Below, piece by piece: positions 1-9,940 of a stretch of DNA of 25,463 nt. The DNA comes from a virus (lineage: Duplodnaviria; Caudoviricetes): IMG/VR virus record IMGVR_UViG_3300012347_000308, positions 1 to 25,463 of that record. The stretch is one strand, 5' to 3'. Every line of letters begins with the position of its first letter. Position 1 is the stretch's first letter. Under the pieces are notes generated by a model, which did not search any database, was not told where the DNA came from, and saw nothing but the letters and a program-made list of their open reading frames with translations. Both the position numbers and the translations under genes were made by a program.

Positions 1-698
1 ACCCATGCGGCGTACCAGAAATTGGTCGGGCTACCATCGGTCAGTGTGCCGTTCGCCCCCGCTTGGTTGTTGATTACCGTGCCTGTGCCATCGTCCAGTG
101 GGGCGATGATGCTTCCGCCGGGGCCAGTTAGGCGGAGGTCGCAACATTTGATAGGGTCAACATTGCCAAACAAAGGCGCAAGCGCCAGAGTTCCCGCCTG
201 TGTGGTCGATGGAGTCCAACCAGATCCATCTCCGGTACCAGCGAGGGTGCCGTTTTTGTAAAACGAAATTGTTGTCCCTGTGCGCGTAATGCGCAGTGCA
301 TCCCAGGTACCTACATCTGGATATATTGACGGGTAGTAGAATCTTTGCAAATTGCCAAGAGAATCGTACAAATTAACGCCGACGGCTCCGGCACCGACTT
401 GCCACCCTATATGGCGATCCGTAAGCGGTGACGAATTCACTATCATCATCGCTGGAGTTCCGCTTGGCACCCGCACCCGCACCGAGAAATCAAAATCACC
501 AACCGATGGGAACAGGTTGATCGGAAACAGGATTGAGTCACCCGCGCCCTCGCGATTGGCGACCCAGCGCTTCTCGTACCAGATTTGAGATTCGGTATCT
601 AGGTACACGTCACCGAGCACACCCGAGCTATCCGGTGGGATCCCACCGGATGCAAGCACGGAGAATGTGTTGAGGCCGAAGCCGAAGCCGAAGCGCAT
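1..698 (-). CDS. Putative head fibre with LamG/concanavalin-like domain (3'-truncated by the window)
   Basis: Not in the ORF track. Manual translation from ATG 698 (TAATG overlap) stays open to the left edge: MRFGFGFGLNTFS...GTWDALRITRTGTTISFYKNG... The N-terminus resembles the GLGLGL anchor peptide of RcGTA head fibre Rcc01080. Confidence 0.65.
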   Translation of the reverse strand, partial: MRFGFGFGLNTFSVLASGGIPPDSSGVLGDVYLDTESQIWYEKRWVANREGAGDSILFPINLFPSVGDFDFSVRVRVPSGTPAMMIVNSSPLTDRHIGWQVGAGAVGVNLYDSLGNLQRFYYPSIYPDVGTWDALRITRTGTTISFYKNGTLAGTGDGSGWTPSTTQAGTLALAPLFGNVDPIKCCDLRLTGPGGSIIAPLDDGTGTVINNQAGANGTLTDGSPTNFWYAAW

Positions 699-976
699 TA
701 CCAGTACCCAACGAGGCCCGTTGCTGTGGTCCCGGTCGCGAGCACCTGCAAGATCTGCATCGAGATGGTCTGTCCAGCGACTACAGGGATGATTCCCGAT
801 GATCCGTCAATCGACACGATCGCGATATTTCCAGCCGCGCCAACGGTTAGTGCGCGCAAGGTCGGGAGGTTGGTATCGACGTTGTTGAAAACTGCGGTAT
901 TCGATGGCGTGATGGCCGCGAAACCCGAGGCAATGTCGTTGATTCCCCGCGAAAATTTGGAAAGGTCTCTGCCCAT
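698..976 (-). CDS. Head spike base protein, RcGTA Rcc01079-like (92 aa)
   Basis: ATG 976 overlaps the upstream TAA; motif AITPS...RALTVGAAGNI...VAGQ...QVLATGTTATGLV matches my recollection of this family. Confidence 0.7.
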   Translation of the reverse strand: MGRDLSKFSRGINDIASGFAAITPSNTAVFNNVDTNLPTLRALTVGAAGNIAIVSIDGSSGIIPVVAGQTISMQILQVLATGTTATGLVGYW

Positions 977-1431
977 TAGTTGCCCCCGATGATGGCTGTG
1001 GTTGTTGATCCAAGCAAGAAGCCCAAGACGGTACCGCCTGCGAACATGCCAGCGCCAGCCCATCGGCTGGTTTGTGGGCATGTCATGCTCTCGATTTGCG
1101 CCCTACGAATTGAGTCCACACGGAAGAGCGAATCCCGTGTTTTGTAGCAAGTGAGCGCGCTGTCCGCAAGCCGAACGACGACGGTGAACGTGTCGGTTTC
1201 CGTGCGCAGTACGGTATCCACGCGAACGCCTGCGGCTTTGCGGATTACCCGCCATACGGTATCGCGGACGGTGTCGCGCAAGGCTTCACGATCGGCCTGT
1301 AGCGACTCCTGCGCGCGGAAGTCCTCAATGGTTGGGCGGATCGGCGGAGCCTCTGGGCGCGAGTCTGCCGCCAAGTACGCGAGGCAGACAATCAACGCGA
1401 AGAGGACGCCCATCGTGAAGTAATGTTTCAT
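976..1431 (-). CDS. Membrane-anchored lysis-region protein, possible spanin (151 aa)
   Basis: ATGA-coupled start MKHYFTMGVLFALIVCLAYLA; hydrophobic N- and C-terminal segments; DTV/DTF repeats; follows the holin-like gene and endolysin. Confidence 0.5.
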   Translation of the reverse strand: MKHYFTMGVLFALIVCLAYLAADSRPEAPPIRPTIEDFRAQESLQADREALRDTVRDTVWRVIRKAAGVRVDTVLRTETDTFTVVVRLADSALTCYKTRDSLFRVDSIRRAQIESMTCPQTSRWAGAGMFAGGTVLGFLLGSTTTAIIGGN

Positions 1432-1640
1432 TTGCCGTATCGCCATTTGTGGCGCACAAGGCGCGCAAGCGATCCACCGAAGACCATCAGCAAGACGCCT
1501 GCGTTTAGTTGCACTTCTTGCGGAATTTCCGTAGCAAAGAAGGTTTTGGACAGCCAAGAACCGACGATCACAAGGGAGCCAAGGATCCCAAGATCCGCGA
1601 AAGATTCTGCCGCTTTTAGTTTTCCGCTTCGTGGTGTCAT
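1428..1640 (-). CDS. Putative holin (70 aa, two predicted TM segments)
   Basis: ATG 1640 overlaps the endolysin stop; LGILGSLVIVGSWL and AGVLLMVFGGSLA are hydrophobic; basic tail RLVRHKWRYGK. Confidence 0.6.
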   Translation of the reverse strand: MTPRSGKLKAAESFADLGILGSLVIVGSWLSKTFFATEIPQEVQLNAGVLLMVFGGSLARLVRHKWRYGK

Positions 1641-2116
1641 TTCGCCCCTTTCATCGCTCGCGACTCCGCAAGCACAACGTCGACCCGTTTGAGCCATCCT
1701 TTGCCAAAGGTGGGGAATGTGGACAGCGAACGGTAGAAGCTTCGCCGAATATCCGCCATTTTCTCTAGCACATTTGCAGTGTCGTGTGCGGCTTTGATCG
1801 TCACCGGACCAAGCACACCGTCCGCCTTGACGTTGCACGCGCTTTGCAAGAACTTGACTGCACGCGAAACGCCCATGTTTACCGCACTGTCTAGCACGAA
1901 ATTGGCCACATCTGCGGGCAACTGGTCGCCCCCAATGCGTTGCCAATAGTCGCGATTGTAGATGATGATTGCGTCTTCTTCGGTGATGCGCGCAATGTCC
2001 ATATGCGGGTAGCTCCGTTTGGTTATCCCAAATTTAGTTTCCCCGCCGGGGTCTTTTGGGTGGTTAACATACCCCCCCTCGTGGCGTATCACGTTCCGGA
2101 TTGACTCGTCCCGCAT
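1637..2116 (-). CDS. Endolysin, glycoside hydrolase family 108 with C-terminal peptidoglycan-binding domain
   Basis: HEGGYVNHPKDPGGETKFGIT, DSAVNMG, ADGVLGPVT and FGKGWLKR motifs. Confidence 0.93.
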   Translation of the reverse strand: MRDESIRNVIRHEGGYVNHPKDPGGETKFGITKRSYPHMDIARITEEDAIIIYNRDYWQRIGGDQLPADVANFVLDSAVNMGVSRAVKFLQSACNVKADGVLGPVTIKAAHDTANVLEKMADIRRSFYRSLSTFPTFGKGWLKRVDVVLAESRAMKGAK

Positions 2117-2472
2117 TATGAGTGTTCCTTGCGCTCTTTGACCAGCGCGGATAGCACGGCGACGTCTTGTTTTAGTGCCGCGATTTCCGTCGACAGCTTA
2201 TCCAACACTTTGAGCTGATTTGCTACCATTTCGTAAGCACCAAGAAGCTTTGCCATTGAGTTGTTCGCCTTGTGTTCGGCCATTTGCGCAACGGAATCTT
2301 GGAAGGTTTGCGACTTTAATAACTCACGCTCAACCAATGGCGCTTCTAGGCGAACTCGCACCTTGGATGTAATCACAAGCCCTGCGGCTGGGGCAACGAT
2401 AACCGCGAACAATGTCGCGATGACGATGATCCCATTGACCGCAAAATTCATTGTCTCCGGCGCGATGGTCAT
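2116..2472 (-). CDS. Membrane protein with C-terminal coiled coil (holin/antiholin-like)
   Basis: N-terminal hydrophobic helix, heptad-like C-terminus, coupled to the endolysin start. Confidence 0.55.
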   Translation of the reverse strand: MTIAPETMNFAVNGIIVIATLFAVIVAPAAGLVITSKVRVRLEAPLVERELLKSQTFQDSVAQMAEHKANNSMAKLLGAYEMVANQLKVLDKLSTEIAALKQDVAVLSALVKERKEHS

Positions 2473-2678
2473 TCCTGCACCACGATTTCGCCAGTTTCCA
2501 TATCCACCGATGCGCCTTCGGGGATTTCGAATTCCTGCGCGATGTTCTGGATTAGCTCTTGGTAGCTTGCACTTGCCACGAATTCCAACTTTTTCGCCTC
2601 CGCCATGCGCTGTTGTGCGCGCTTCAATATTGACAGCGTATTAGCTGGGATGGTTTTCTTTTCGGTGGACTCGCTCAT
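2469..2678 (-). CDS. Small helical protein, possible tail fibre chaperone (69 aa)
   Basis: AGGAG RBS before ATG 2678 (MSESTEKK); directly downstream of a tail fibre gene. Confidence 0.55.
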   Translation of the reverse strand: MSESTEKKTIPANTLSILKRAQQRMAEAKKLEFVASASYQELIQNIAQEFEIPEGASVDMETGEIVVQE

Positions 2679-2715
2679 TGATTGGCTCCTGTCGTTTGGC
2701 GTAAATATACGTTTA

Positions 2716-4602
2716 TCACTGCACCATACCGCAAGCAATGAGGTGCGTGCGCAATTGATTGACTAGGGCCACTGCTGTGGCCAAGTCGGCGCATTCGGCG
2801 TTGACCGTTGGGCGCGTGGTGGGGGCGGCGATTCCGAAGAAGCCGATACCGCCAGCGCTTGAAAACTGAACTTTTTTTGCCCAACTCCCGCTATAATTCC
2901 AAAAATCTAGCGTGTTTGTAGTGCTTAGTTGTGGTGCCCATCCTTTTGTGGGAGATGTAGCATCAGTTAATACGCAAGCGGATCCAGTGCCAATAGTATC
3001 ACCAGCGCCTTTTATGCAAGTAATCCCAAGTCCGTGAAGGAATAGCGTGAATCCATCGCTTTGGATATCACCAGTTACGGGAGTAGTTACCATCGCGCTG
3101 CGCGTTGGGATATTTAGCGACGCGTACCCCGCCGCCGCCGCCGCAAGTGTGACCTTCCCGCCCGTAAACGTCGCCCCCGCCGAACTCGTCAGCCCCGCAA
3201 ACGATCCCGCCCCGCCCGTGGTGATGCGATCCACTCCCGCGAGCTTAAGGGATTTGCCGTTGCGGATGTCGAAGTCTTGGCCGACGAAGCAGGTGCGGTA
3301 GTTCGACAAGAGGAAGTCAGCCGTTGTCGCGCTTCCCGAGTTTGCGGTAGATTCAACCTCCACGCCACTTGCGCTGGTGATATTGCGCAATCGTTGTGCG
3401 TTGTAGCGCACTGAATTGTAGTCAGAGTGATAGTACCCAGAGCGGAGGATTCCACCGCTAGTATCGTTTTGAACAGTCTCAAGGTGTCCGTCAAGCGAAG
3501 ATAGGCTAACGCTAGATGTAGCGACTGGGCTGATGGCCGACGCAAACAGTCCTGTAGTGCCAAAAGATGCGTTTCTGTATGTGGTCGCCCCAGCCGCACC
3601 GCCTCGCATTATGATAATCGTGCCAGCGGAATAATCGCTGTTGTACATCTCGATCATCGCCCCACTCGTCACGTCGGCGGTGATGGAGCGCAATGGAGTG
3701 GACCAGTTTGTGCCAGCCTCCATGACAAAACTTGCTCCGCCTGCAACCCTAGTTAGACGGATCTGGCTGGATTGTTCTGTAGCATCCCTGATATTCAATG
3801 CGTCTGGGATCATCTCAATGCAGTCTGATCCAGCTCCACCAGAAACCTTCTTTAGCGCGAATTGGTTAGCCCATATAGCACACTCTCTTGTGGCATCGTA
3901 GTTTTGCATCTGGATGATGCTTGAAGTCATTCTTGATTGATTCGAATCTGAGTCTGCAAACTGAATGGTATTACCGTCAACAAAACTCATAGATCCAGAA
4001 GAGGTATTAATTCTTATGGTTGATCCTTCAATATCAATTGATCCAAATGAATCAGATCCATGAATAACTGCTTCTGGATCCATCGTCCCGCCAGCCAGTG
4101 GCAAGTATCGCCCGCTCAAGTCGGGAATATCTGCCACCTCCAATGCGCGAAAAGTGGGTAAACCTGTGCTCCCGGCTGGGCCGATCAGCACATAGCGCGA
4201 AGACTGCGGCAAGAATTCCATGTTGATGTTTCCCGCCGATGTGACGGGGGGAGTCGTGACGTGCTGGGCCGCACCAAGGGCCGCGCCAAGGGTTACCTGT
4301 ACGCTGGTGACCGTTCCGACGCTTCCGTTGCCACTTGCCTCAATATCGTCGCGGGTGTCGATAAGGTCGTCCGTCTGCGAGTGGAGGGCGAACTTGTACC
4401 GCCCGCTTGTCGCGAAGAACTGGCCGAACTTGCCGCTTGCGTCGCTGATTAGCGGATTGGAAAGCGGGATCGTGCAGTCCACGTCCGAGAATAGCTGTTT
4501 TGGTACGCTCGAGTGCGCGGCGTAGCTGTAAAGCTTGGAGAATGGAAGCGGGGCGCCGTCGTTGTCGACCCAACGCGATATGATCTCTGGAATCGTTGCC
4601 AT
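2716..4602 (-). CDS. Tail fibre/spike protein 2 (628 aa)
   Basis: N-terminal DNDGAPLPFSKLYSYAA...NPLISDASG particle-attachment-type domain; YLPLAGGTM fibre motif; G/S/T-rich body; GAGGA RBS. Confidence 0.8.
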   Translation of the reverse strand: MATIPEIISRWVDNDGAPLPFSKLYSYAAHSSVPKQLFSDVDCTIPLSNPLISDASGKFGQFFATSGRYKFALHSQTDDLIDTRDDIEASGNGSVGTVTSVQVTLGAALGAAQHVTTPPVTSAGNINMEFLPQSSRYVLIGPAGSTGLPTFRALEVADIPDLSGRYLPLAGGTMDPEAVIHGSDSFGSIDIEGSTIRINTSSGSMSFVDGNTIQFADSDSNQSRMTSSIIQMQNYDATRECAIWANQFALKKVSGGAGSDCIEMIPDALNIRDATEQSSQIRLTRVAGGASFVMEAGTNWSTPLRSITADVTSGAMIEMYNSDYSAGTIIIMRGGAAGATTYRNASFGTTGLFASAISPVATSSVSLSSLDGHLETVQNDTSGGILRSGYYHSDYNSVRYNAQRLRNITSASGVEVESTANSGSATTADFLLSNYRTCFVGQDFDIRNGKSLKLAGVDRITTGGAGSFAGLTSSAGATFTGGKVTLAAAAAGYASLNIPTRSAMVTTPVTGDIQSDGFTLFLHGLGITCIKGAGDTIGTGSACVLTDATSPTKGWAPQLSTTNTLDFWNYSGSWAKKVQFSSAGGIGFFGIAAPTTRPTVNAECADLATAVALVNQLRTHLIACGMVQ

Positions 4603-4611
4603 TGTGTCCTC

Positions 4612-6438
4612 TTATACGTTGTATACGCTACGGAGTAGATACCATCCAGTAGGGCCGGGGATGAAGTCGGTGAACACTGGTGACGCGCCGCCAAGCGTTA
4701 CGCTCGTGACTGTAGCCGTCCCATTCCAGAACGTGCCGTTGATAGTTACGGTATTCGTCTTGCTGTAGGCCACCACGCGCCGAACGCCCACGCCCAAAAG
4801 GGTTGGGTTGCTCATCGTGAGCGTGATGTCTCCCGAGGAATTGTCGGCCATTACAAGTGACGGCGTGGTGTCGTCAATGGTTGCGCCACCTGCAATCATC
4901 GTCGTGAAACTCCGGTCCCATATCACCCGGATCGCGTCGATGTCGCCTTGCGTGGTTTGCCACGAGTCAAGGTTGAATGTGCGGCAAGCGGACTTGTGGA
5001 CCGTACCGGAAATGCCAGCAAGAAGAAGACACCCCTGTAGATATGCGGTCGTAGTCGCAAATGCCAGTGGAACCAACGCCGAATTGAAATAGCAATCCGT
5101 CGCGCAAATCGATGTAGCTGTAAGCCGTGCGGTCGCGTCTGCGTATAGCTCGATGCCGTTCGCAGTAAGCTGTGGGATGGTGCAATTGGCAAGGAAACGC
5201 AACGCTGGCCCACTGAATGTGGACTGGCCGGTTATCCCACTAGGGATGGCCGAAGACACCACTGCGCTGGGGAAGGTGGTTGCGGTAGAAATGTTGTAGG
5301 ATTGCGAAAGCTCAACGCGCCCGCTTAACATCGCGCTTTTAAGTTGTTCAGACCAATCAGATGGCGTTCCAATAACAAACCATTCGGGCTTTGCTGGGCA
5401 TGGGAACGAGAGCGAAACGGGAGCATTACCAGTGATGAACCCGTATAGCGGGGTTTCTGCGAACCGGCCAATCGTAAGCGATGGGGCCGGGTGGTCAAGG
5501 TCAATAATTGGAGTACTGCTCAACGTATCGACAAGCAAGGTCTGAATACCTGTTGCCGCAATAGAAACGCTCGCATCAGAAAACGATACGATGGAATCAA
5601 GTATGAGCCGTTCAACATTCATCCCGATCCATGATGTAGGGGACGAAAACCATGATGATCTAGCAGTGCTGAATGTTGGGTTAGAAATGATGACTTGCGA
5701 ATGGAAAAAGACGTTTTGAATATCTACTACTGCACTTGAAAAATTTATCGTAACGGTGCCAGCAGAAGGGACAAATTGACAAGCGTTCGAGAAAATGGAG
5801 TATCCCGTCCATGCAATCGAAGAGACGCAAACGTAACCGGTGAACTTGGCCGGGTGCTTCGATGAACTTGCCGCAAGTGCGCTTAATATCGCGGAGTTCT
5901 GCGCAGCATTTTGCATATACACCACACCAAACCACTGCGGATCAATATCACCCACAAACTGCCGCCGGTAGCTCGTCACAAGTGCGCGGTTTAATGTGAT
6001 GCCGTCATCATCCGCCGCAAACGGCACCTGCTCGAACACCCCATAGCCGCCATCGTCGGGGGTGTTGCGGCCAAGCACCATCACAACGTCGAAGTCGGTC
6101 GTGAGGGCCCTTAATGCCGCATAGTTCGACACCACAACCATCGAGCCGCCAGAAGCTGAGGCCGTGCCAAGTACGTTGTCCACGGTGCGAATGAGGTTGC
6201 CGTCTGCGTCGCGGAAAACGAACTTGTAGGCCTGCCCCTTGAGGAAGATGCTTGCGCTTCCGCTTGCATCCAGCACGACGGGGTTGAGGTTGGACGCGAA
6301 CCCGCCGGCGTCGGCGTATGTCTCGAGGGGGATCGTGGTACCCGCTTGGTACGTCTCGATTCGCCCAAAAGCAAGTAGGTTGCCTTGGTCGTCGAATTCG
6401 CGGGTGATTATGAAGGGGATGCAAGCGTAGTTTGACAT
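4612..6438 (-). CDS. Tail spike protein 1 (608 aa)
   Basis: N-terminal DDQGNLLAFGRIETYQAGTTIPLETY...NPVVLDASG; GRNTPDDGGYGVF and IDPQWFG...NSAILSAL typical of tailspike entry into a beta-helix. Confidence 0.8.
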   Translation of the reverse strand: MSNYACIPFIITREFDDQGNLLAFGRIETYQAGTTIPLETYADAGGFASNLNPVVLDASGSASIFLKGQAYKFVFRDADGNLIRTVDNVLGTASASGGSMVVVSNYAALRALTTDFDVVMVLGRNTPDDGGYGVFEQVPFAADDDGITLNRALVTSYRRQFVGDIDPQWFGVVYMQNAAQNSAILSALAASSSKHPAKFTGYVCVSSIAWTGYSIFSNACQFVPSAGTVTINFSSAVVDIQNVFFHSQVIISNPTFSTARSSWFSSPTSWIGMNVERLILDSIVSFSDASVSIAATGIQTLLVDTLSSTPIIDLDHPAPSLTIGRFAETPLYGFITGNAPVSLSFPCPAKPEWFVIGTPSDWSEQLKSAMLSGRVELSQSYNISTATTFPSAVVSSAIPSGITGQSTFSGPALRFLANCTIPQLTANGIELYADATARLTATSICATDCYFNSALVPLAFATTTAYLQGCLLLAGISGTVHKSACRTFNLDSWQTTQGDIDAIRVIWDRSFTTMIAGGATIDDTTPSLVMADNSSGDITLTMSNPTLLGVGVRRVVAYSKTNTVTINGTFWNGTATVTSVTLGGASPVFTDFIPGPTGWYLLRSVYNV

Positions 6439-8366
6439 TATCGGTTTCTCTCCATGCTTGCGCCTGTTCTGGCCGATTGTTTTTCGAGCATATTTCCTAG
6501 TGCGTTGACCAACAAAGGTAACCGATATTCGGTGAATGCGGTCTGTGCGGCCAGCTTCCCGAGTGCGGTTTTCTCTCGCGTGGTTTCCCGCTGGTTCGCA
6601 TTGACAAGGCTTTGCACCGTCTTGCCTTCCTTGTACTTCTTCCCTGCCATTCGTGCGGCTGGCTCGAGTCCAAGCGACTTGAGTTTCAAATCATTCCCGT
6701 ACATGTGACGGCTGGCAAAGTCTCCAACAACTTCGCCGATGATGTTTTGCATGTCACCGGCACCGAATTGGATAGTTTTACCACGCTTCACGTTGGCTAC
6801 ATTGCGCATAGCGGACAGGTCGCGCCGAAATAGCGGACTGATTGGGTACTTCGCGGGGTCGTTGAGGTCGAAAGGCATGATCGTCGAGATGGTCTCGAAC
6901 TTCTTTTTTAGCTCTTTGGCCAATTCTTTGGGCGTGTTCGTCGAAGTCCCTTCGGCCAGTGCCTCTTTCTTCCCGAGCAACTTACGCAAAGACTCGGTGT
7001 AGATGTCCTGCATGGTCACCGGACCGTGTGGGCTTGCGCCCTGCATCGTGACAGTCTTCTCTGGGTTCGCCCACGACATAACCTCGTCTGCAATATCTGC
7101 CGGGGGAGCTGTGCGTCCGTGGAACATTTGCGCCATCTCTGGGGATAGCCCCGCCGCAATGTGTTCTTCGGCAAACTTTGGGTCTCCACGATTCGCCAAC
7201 CATGCGCGAGTCTTGGGCGACATTGCCTCGTCGACCATGTCGTATAGGTTGCCAGATTCGCGCAAACGCTTACGCCAAAGATTCTCTAGGGCCGTGGCAC
7301 CAAGCAATGATTCGCCAACTCCAACGTCTTTGAGGTTACGCTTGAGCATGTCGTAGGTATCGGCAAACGCTTGGAGTTTTTCGCCCTTATTTACAACGCC
7401 CTTTGCCGACTGGTTGAGCGTCTGTCGAAGCCCCGGCAAAGCCTCCATGCCCCAGTCGGAGATGTGTGCGCCCAAAGGCGAACCAAGTCCGCCAATCATC
7501 GCCGATGTACCTAGCGCGGCGTGTGACAATGGACGCCCGAACTCGTCAAGCCCCGCGCCTGTGGCCGCTGTGGTTGCGCCCTCAATGCCACGCAAAAGAG
7601 CGGTGGCCTTCTTGGGATTCTTGGCGATGGCCGTGGATACCGATTTGATAACCTGCGGCAACATTCCTGCGGCTGGAGCGGCGGCGCGCTCGCCTGCCTT
7701 TGCTACGATCTTGCTGGTGTTTAGTCCTGGGGCAAACATGAGGATACCGGAAGGGGAACCAGTAATCCCTGTGGGGTCGGTCATCCAATCGGTTACGCGA
7801 TCTACGCTTTTGCCTGCTCCGCTGTAGTCCTTTTCACCGGTGAAGAGTTGCTTTCCGCCAGAGTAAAGCCCTCGAGCTAGAGCCGCAAGTCCATGCGTGC
7901 CGAGCGCGCCACCTGCGCGGGAAGGGAATGATACAATGTCGCCCAAGAATGGGGCTAGGTGCTCGGAAGCGTAGCCGCCTTGAGGCGTGCGCCCTGCATC
8001 AATATCGGCGCGGCGTGCGGCTTCGCTGGCTGGAAAAATCATCTCCGCTGTCGTTGCTGGGGTCTTCCCTTGCGCCCGTGCTTCGCTGATTTTGCTCGCG
8101 TAGTCGCGTGGATTGTCGCCTCGCACCACTTGCCGTTCGGCGTCGGACATTGGGCGCGATTCGTCTGCGTTGACTGCGCGCATTAAGGGGGCGAATGGGC
8201 TGGCCACCTGCATTCCTGCGGTAATCATCTCTCCGATTTTGTCGAAGAATCCCGCTTCCGGTGCCTTTGCTTTAGGGGCTGGCTTCGGTGCTGGCGCTGG
8301 TGCTGGTACGGTATCCTTTGCCCAAGGATTCGCGGGGCCTTTCTTTGCCCAAGGATTGTCCGCCAT
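6438..8366 (-). CDS. Putative DNA ejection/internal virion protein
   Basis: Start reassigned to ATG 8366 (TAATG overlap); NPWAK occurs twice plus a PAPAP linker; Ala/Gly-rich; third of three genes at the P22 gp7/gp20/gp16 position. Confidence 0.6.
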   Translation of the reverse strand: MADNPWAKKGPANPWAKDTVPAPAPAPKPAPKAKAPEAGFFDKIGEMITAGMQVASPFAPLMRAVNADESRPMSDAERQVVRGDNPRDYASKISEARAQGKTPATTAEMIFPASEAARRADIDAGRTPQGGYASEHLAPFLGDIVSFPSRAGGALGTHGLAALARGLYSGGKQLFTGEKDYSGAGKSVDRVTDWMTDPTGITGSPSGILMFAPGLNTSKIVAKAGERAAAPAAGMLPQVIKSVSTAIAKNPKKATALLRGIEGATTAATGAGLDEFGRPLSHAALGTSAMIGGLGSPLGAHISDWGMEALPGLRQTLNQSAKGVVNKGEKLQAFADTYDMLKRNLKDVGVGESLLGATALENLWRKRLRESGNLYDMVDEAMSPKTRAWLANRGDPKFAEEHIAAGLSPEMAQMFHGRTAPPADIADEVMSWANPEKTVTMQGASPHGPVTMQDIYTESLRKLLGKKEALAEGTSTNTPKELAKELKKKFETISTIMPFDLNDPAKYPISPLFRRDLSAMRNVANVKRGKTIQFGAGDMQNIIGEVVGDFASRHMYGNDLKLKSLGLEPAARMAGKKYKEGKTVQSLVNANQRETTREKTALGKLAAQTAFTEYRLPLLVNALGNMLEKQSARTGASMERNR

Positions 8367-9940
8367 TAGTAGCCCTCCACGCCTTTTTGGTGTTTCTTCC
8401 CGTCCGGTCCAACATACCACGCTTTATTCTTGAGTTTATCCCAACCTTCGCCATTCGCGCCAACCTTTGGGATTGCGGACTCAATGCGCCGTTCGATCTC
8501 CGTTTTAGCCGTCTTCTTGCCAACGCGCAACGCCTCGAGCGCGCTTGCGGTGTTGCCGTGTTTCATCTGGTGGTCAACCATGTCTTTGATGAGCTGGGCA
8601 ACCCGCGCTTGCTGATCCGTGGCGAACTCGTTTTTTGCAAGATTCTTCGCCAATTCGCCGACGGTGTTTGAATTGCGAATCACCTGTTGAACGTCTTTTC
8701 GTGCGGCAAATAGGCTTGATAACTGCTCGCGCCCGCCAATATCGGTAATCTTGTCTGCCGACATTGGTGCTTGTTCTAGGTTTTTCAGTAATGCTTGGAA
8801 CTTGGTCGCGTCGAGGTTGCCTGTCTCGTTGACTTCTTTGATGATGTCTGCGGCACCTTCGGAGGTGTTGCGAAGCCAATTCATGTCAGTTTGGAGTTTC
8901 TGATACTCTCCGACATTACCCTTGGAAACACCCTTGTATCCATTCTGCCAAGCGTCTTGGATCGCGGCTTGCGTCTGGTCGAACTCGGTTTTCGCGATGT
9001 TCATTCCCTGCCGGGTCGCCGCATTGCCAAGACGAGAGGTCGCGTTTGCTTGGCGATCGTTGCGCCATGTTGCGGCCTCTTCCGCAAGCTTTGCAGGTAC
9101 GCCAGCCTTCTTCGCTTCCCACTCCCGTTCGGCGGTTTTGAACTTCGCGAAGTCGCCGCCAAATTGCGTGATTTTTGGGCGCGATGCCTCAATGTCTGCG
9201 TAGACTTGGGCGACGTGTTTGTTGTATCCCGCCTGCATCTGTGGGCCGGGAACGTCGTTCCCAGCGTACAGACCACGCGATCGCAAACCGTAGGCGTAAT
9301 CCTTGGCCGTGTCTGCGGATAGCTTGGTCAAGTCCTGCTGATAATGCTCAACGGGTCCGCCTTGGCTCTGGTCGCCTCGGACATTGTACAACGTCTGCTC
9401 AACTGATGTCGCATTGGCTTCGGGCGTGCCGACACCGGAAACGGGCTTGGCGCCCATCGCTTGCGCGTTGATCGCGGCTAGTGCGGCCTCTTGGTTGCGC
9501 TTCTGCGTCTCGATTACCCGCTGTTGCTCTTGGTCGAGCGCGAGAGAGGTCGCGTTTGCGGCGTGGAGTCCGGGATCTACAGCAAGGCGTCCAGTATCCA
9601 CCGTGCCAGGTTGCGCAGTAATAGGACTCCCATCAGGGTTGCTTCCAATTTGTTGAGCCTGTCGGCGAACATACTCTTCGCGCGCTTTCTCGATCGCCAT
9701 CCTTTGTTGTAGCTCATACATCTGCGGTACGCCTGCCGCCGCCTCCGTGGGATTCACGCCACCGGCCATTGCAGATTGGCGGTACATCCGCTCGTTAAAA
9801 TTGCCGTCTTTGTCCATGCTTGCGCGGGAAGCGTTGAACAGCGCGGCTTGCTGTTTTGCCTTGAGGTATTCCGTCAAGATCTCCGAAGATTTCTTGAGCT
9901 GGCTTGAGGTATCCGGCTTGAGGTAATCGGCTACTGGCAT
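8366..9940 (-). CDS. Putative DNA ejection protein (524 aa)
   Basis: A/Q-rich helical protein; C-terminal WYVGPDGKKHQK; assigned from synteny. Confidence 0.6.
   Translation of the reverse strand: MPVADYLKPDTSSQLKKSSEILTEYLKAKQQAALFNASRASMDKDGNFNERMYRQSAMAGGVNPTEAAAGVPQMYELQQRMAIEKAREEYVRRQAQQIGSNPDGSPITAQPGTVDTGRLAVDPGLHAANATSLALDQEQQRVIETQKRNQEAALAAINAQAMGAKPVSGVGTPEANATSVEQTLYNVRGDQSQGGPVEHYQQDLTKLSADTAKDYAYGLRSRGLYAGNDVPGPQMQAGYNKHVAQVYADIEASRPKITQFGGDFAKFKTAEREWEAKKAGVPAKLAEEAATWRNDRQANATSRLGNAATRQGMNIAKTEFDQTQAAIQDAWQNGYKGVSKGNVGEYQKLQTDMNWLRNTSEGAADIIKEVNETGNLDATKFQALLKNLEQAPMSADKITDIGGREQLSSLFAARKDVQQVIRNSNTVGELAKNLAKNEFATDQQARVAQLIKDMVDHQMKHGNTASALEALRVGKKTAKTEIERRIESAIPKVGANGEGWDKLKNKAWYVGPDGKKHQKGVEGY

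Noticed and set aside
675-693. GCCGAA tandem repeat
   Set aside because: It encodes FGFGFG of the head fibre N-terminus.
1428-1946. Extended ORF-track starts (1946, 1557, 1081, 8420, 15100, 23213, 24424)
   Set aside because: They overlap neighbouring genes or sites; internal ATGs with stop/start overlaps or an RBS fit better.
2716-6438. Diversity-generating retroelement or invertible tail-fibre system
   Set aside because: No reverse transcriptase or invertase in the window, and no template/variable repeat pair noticed by eye.
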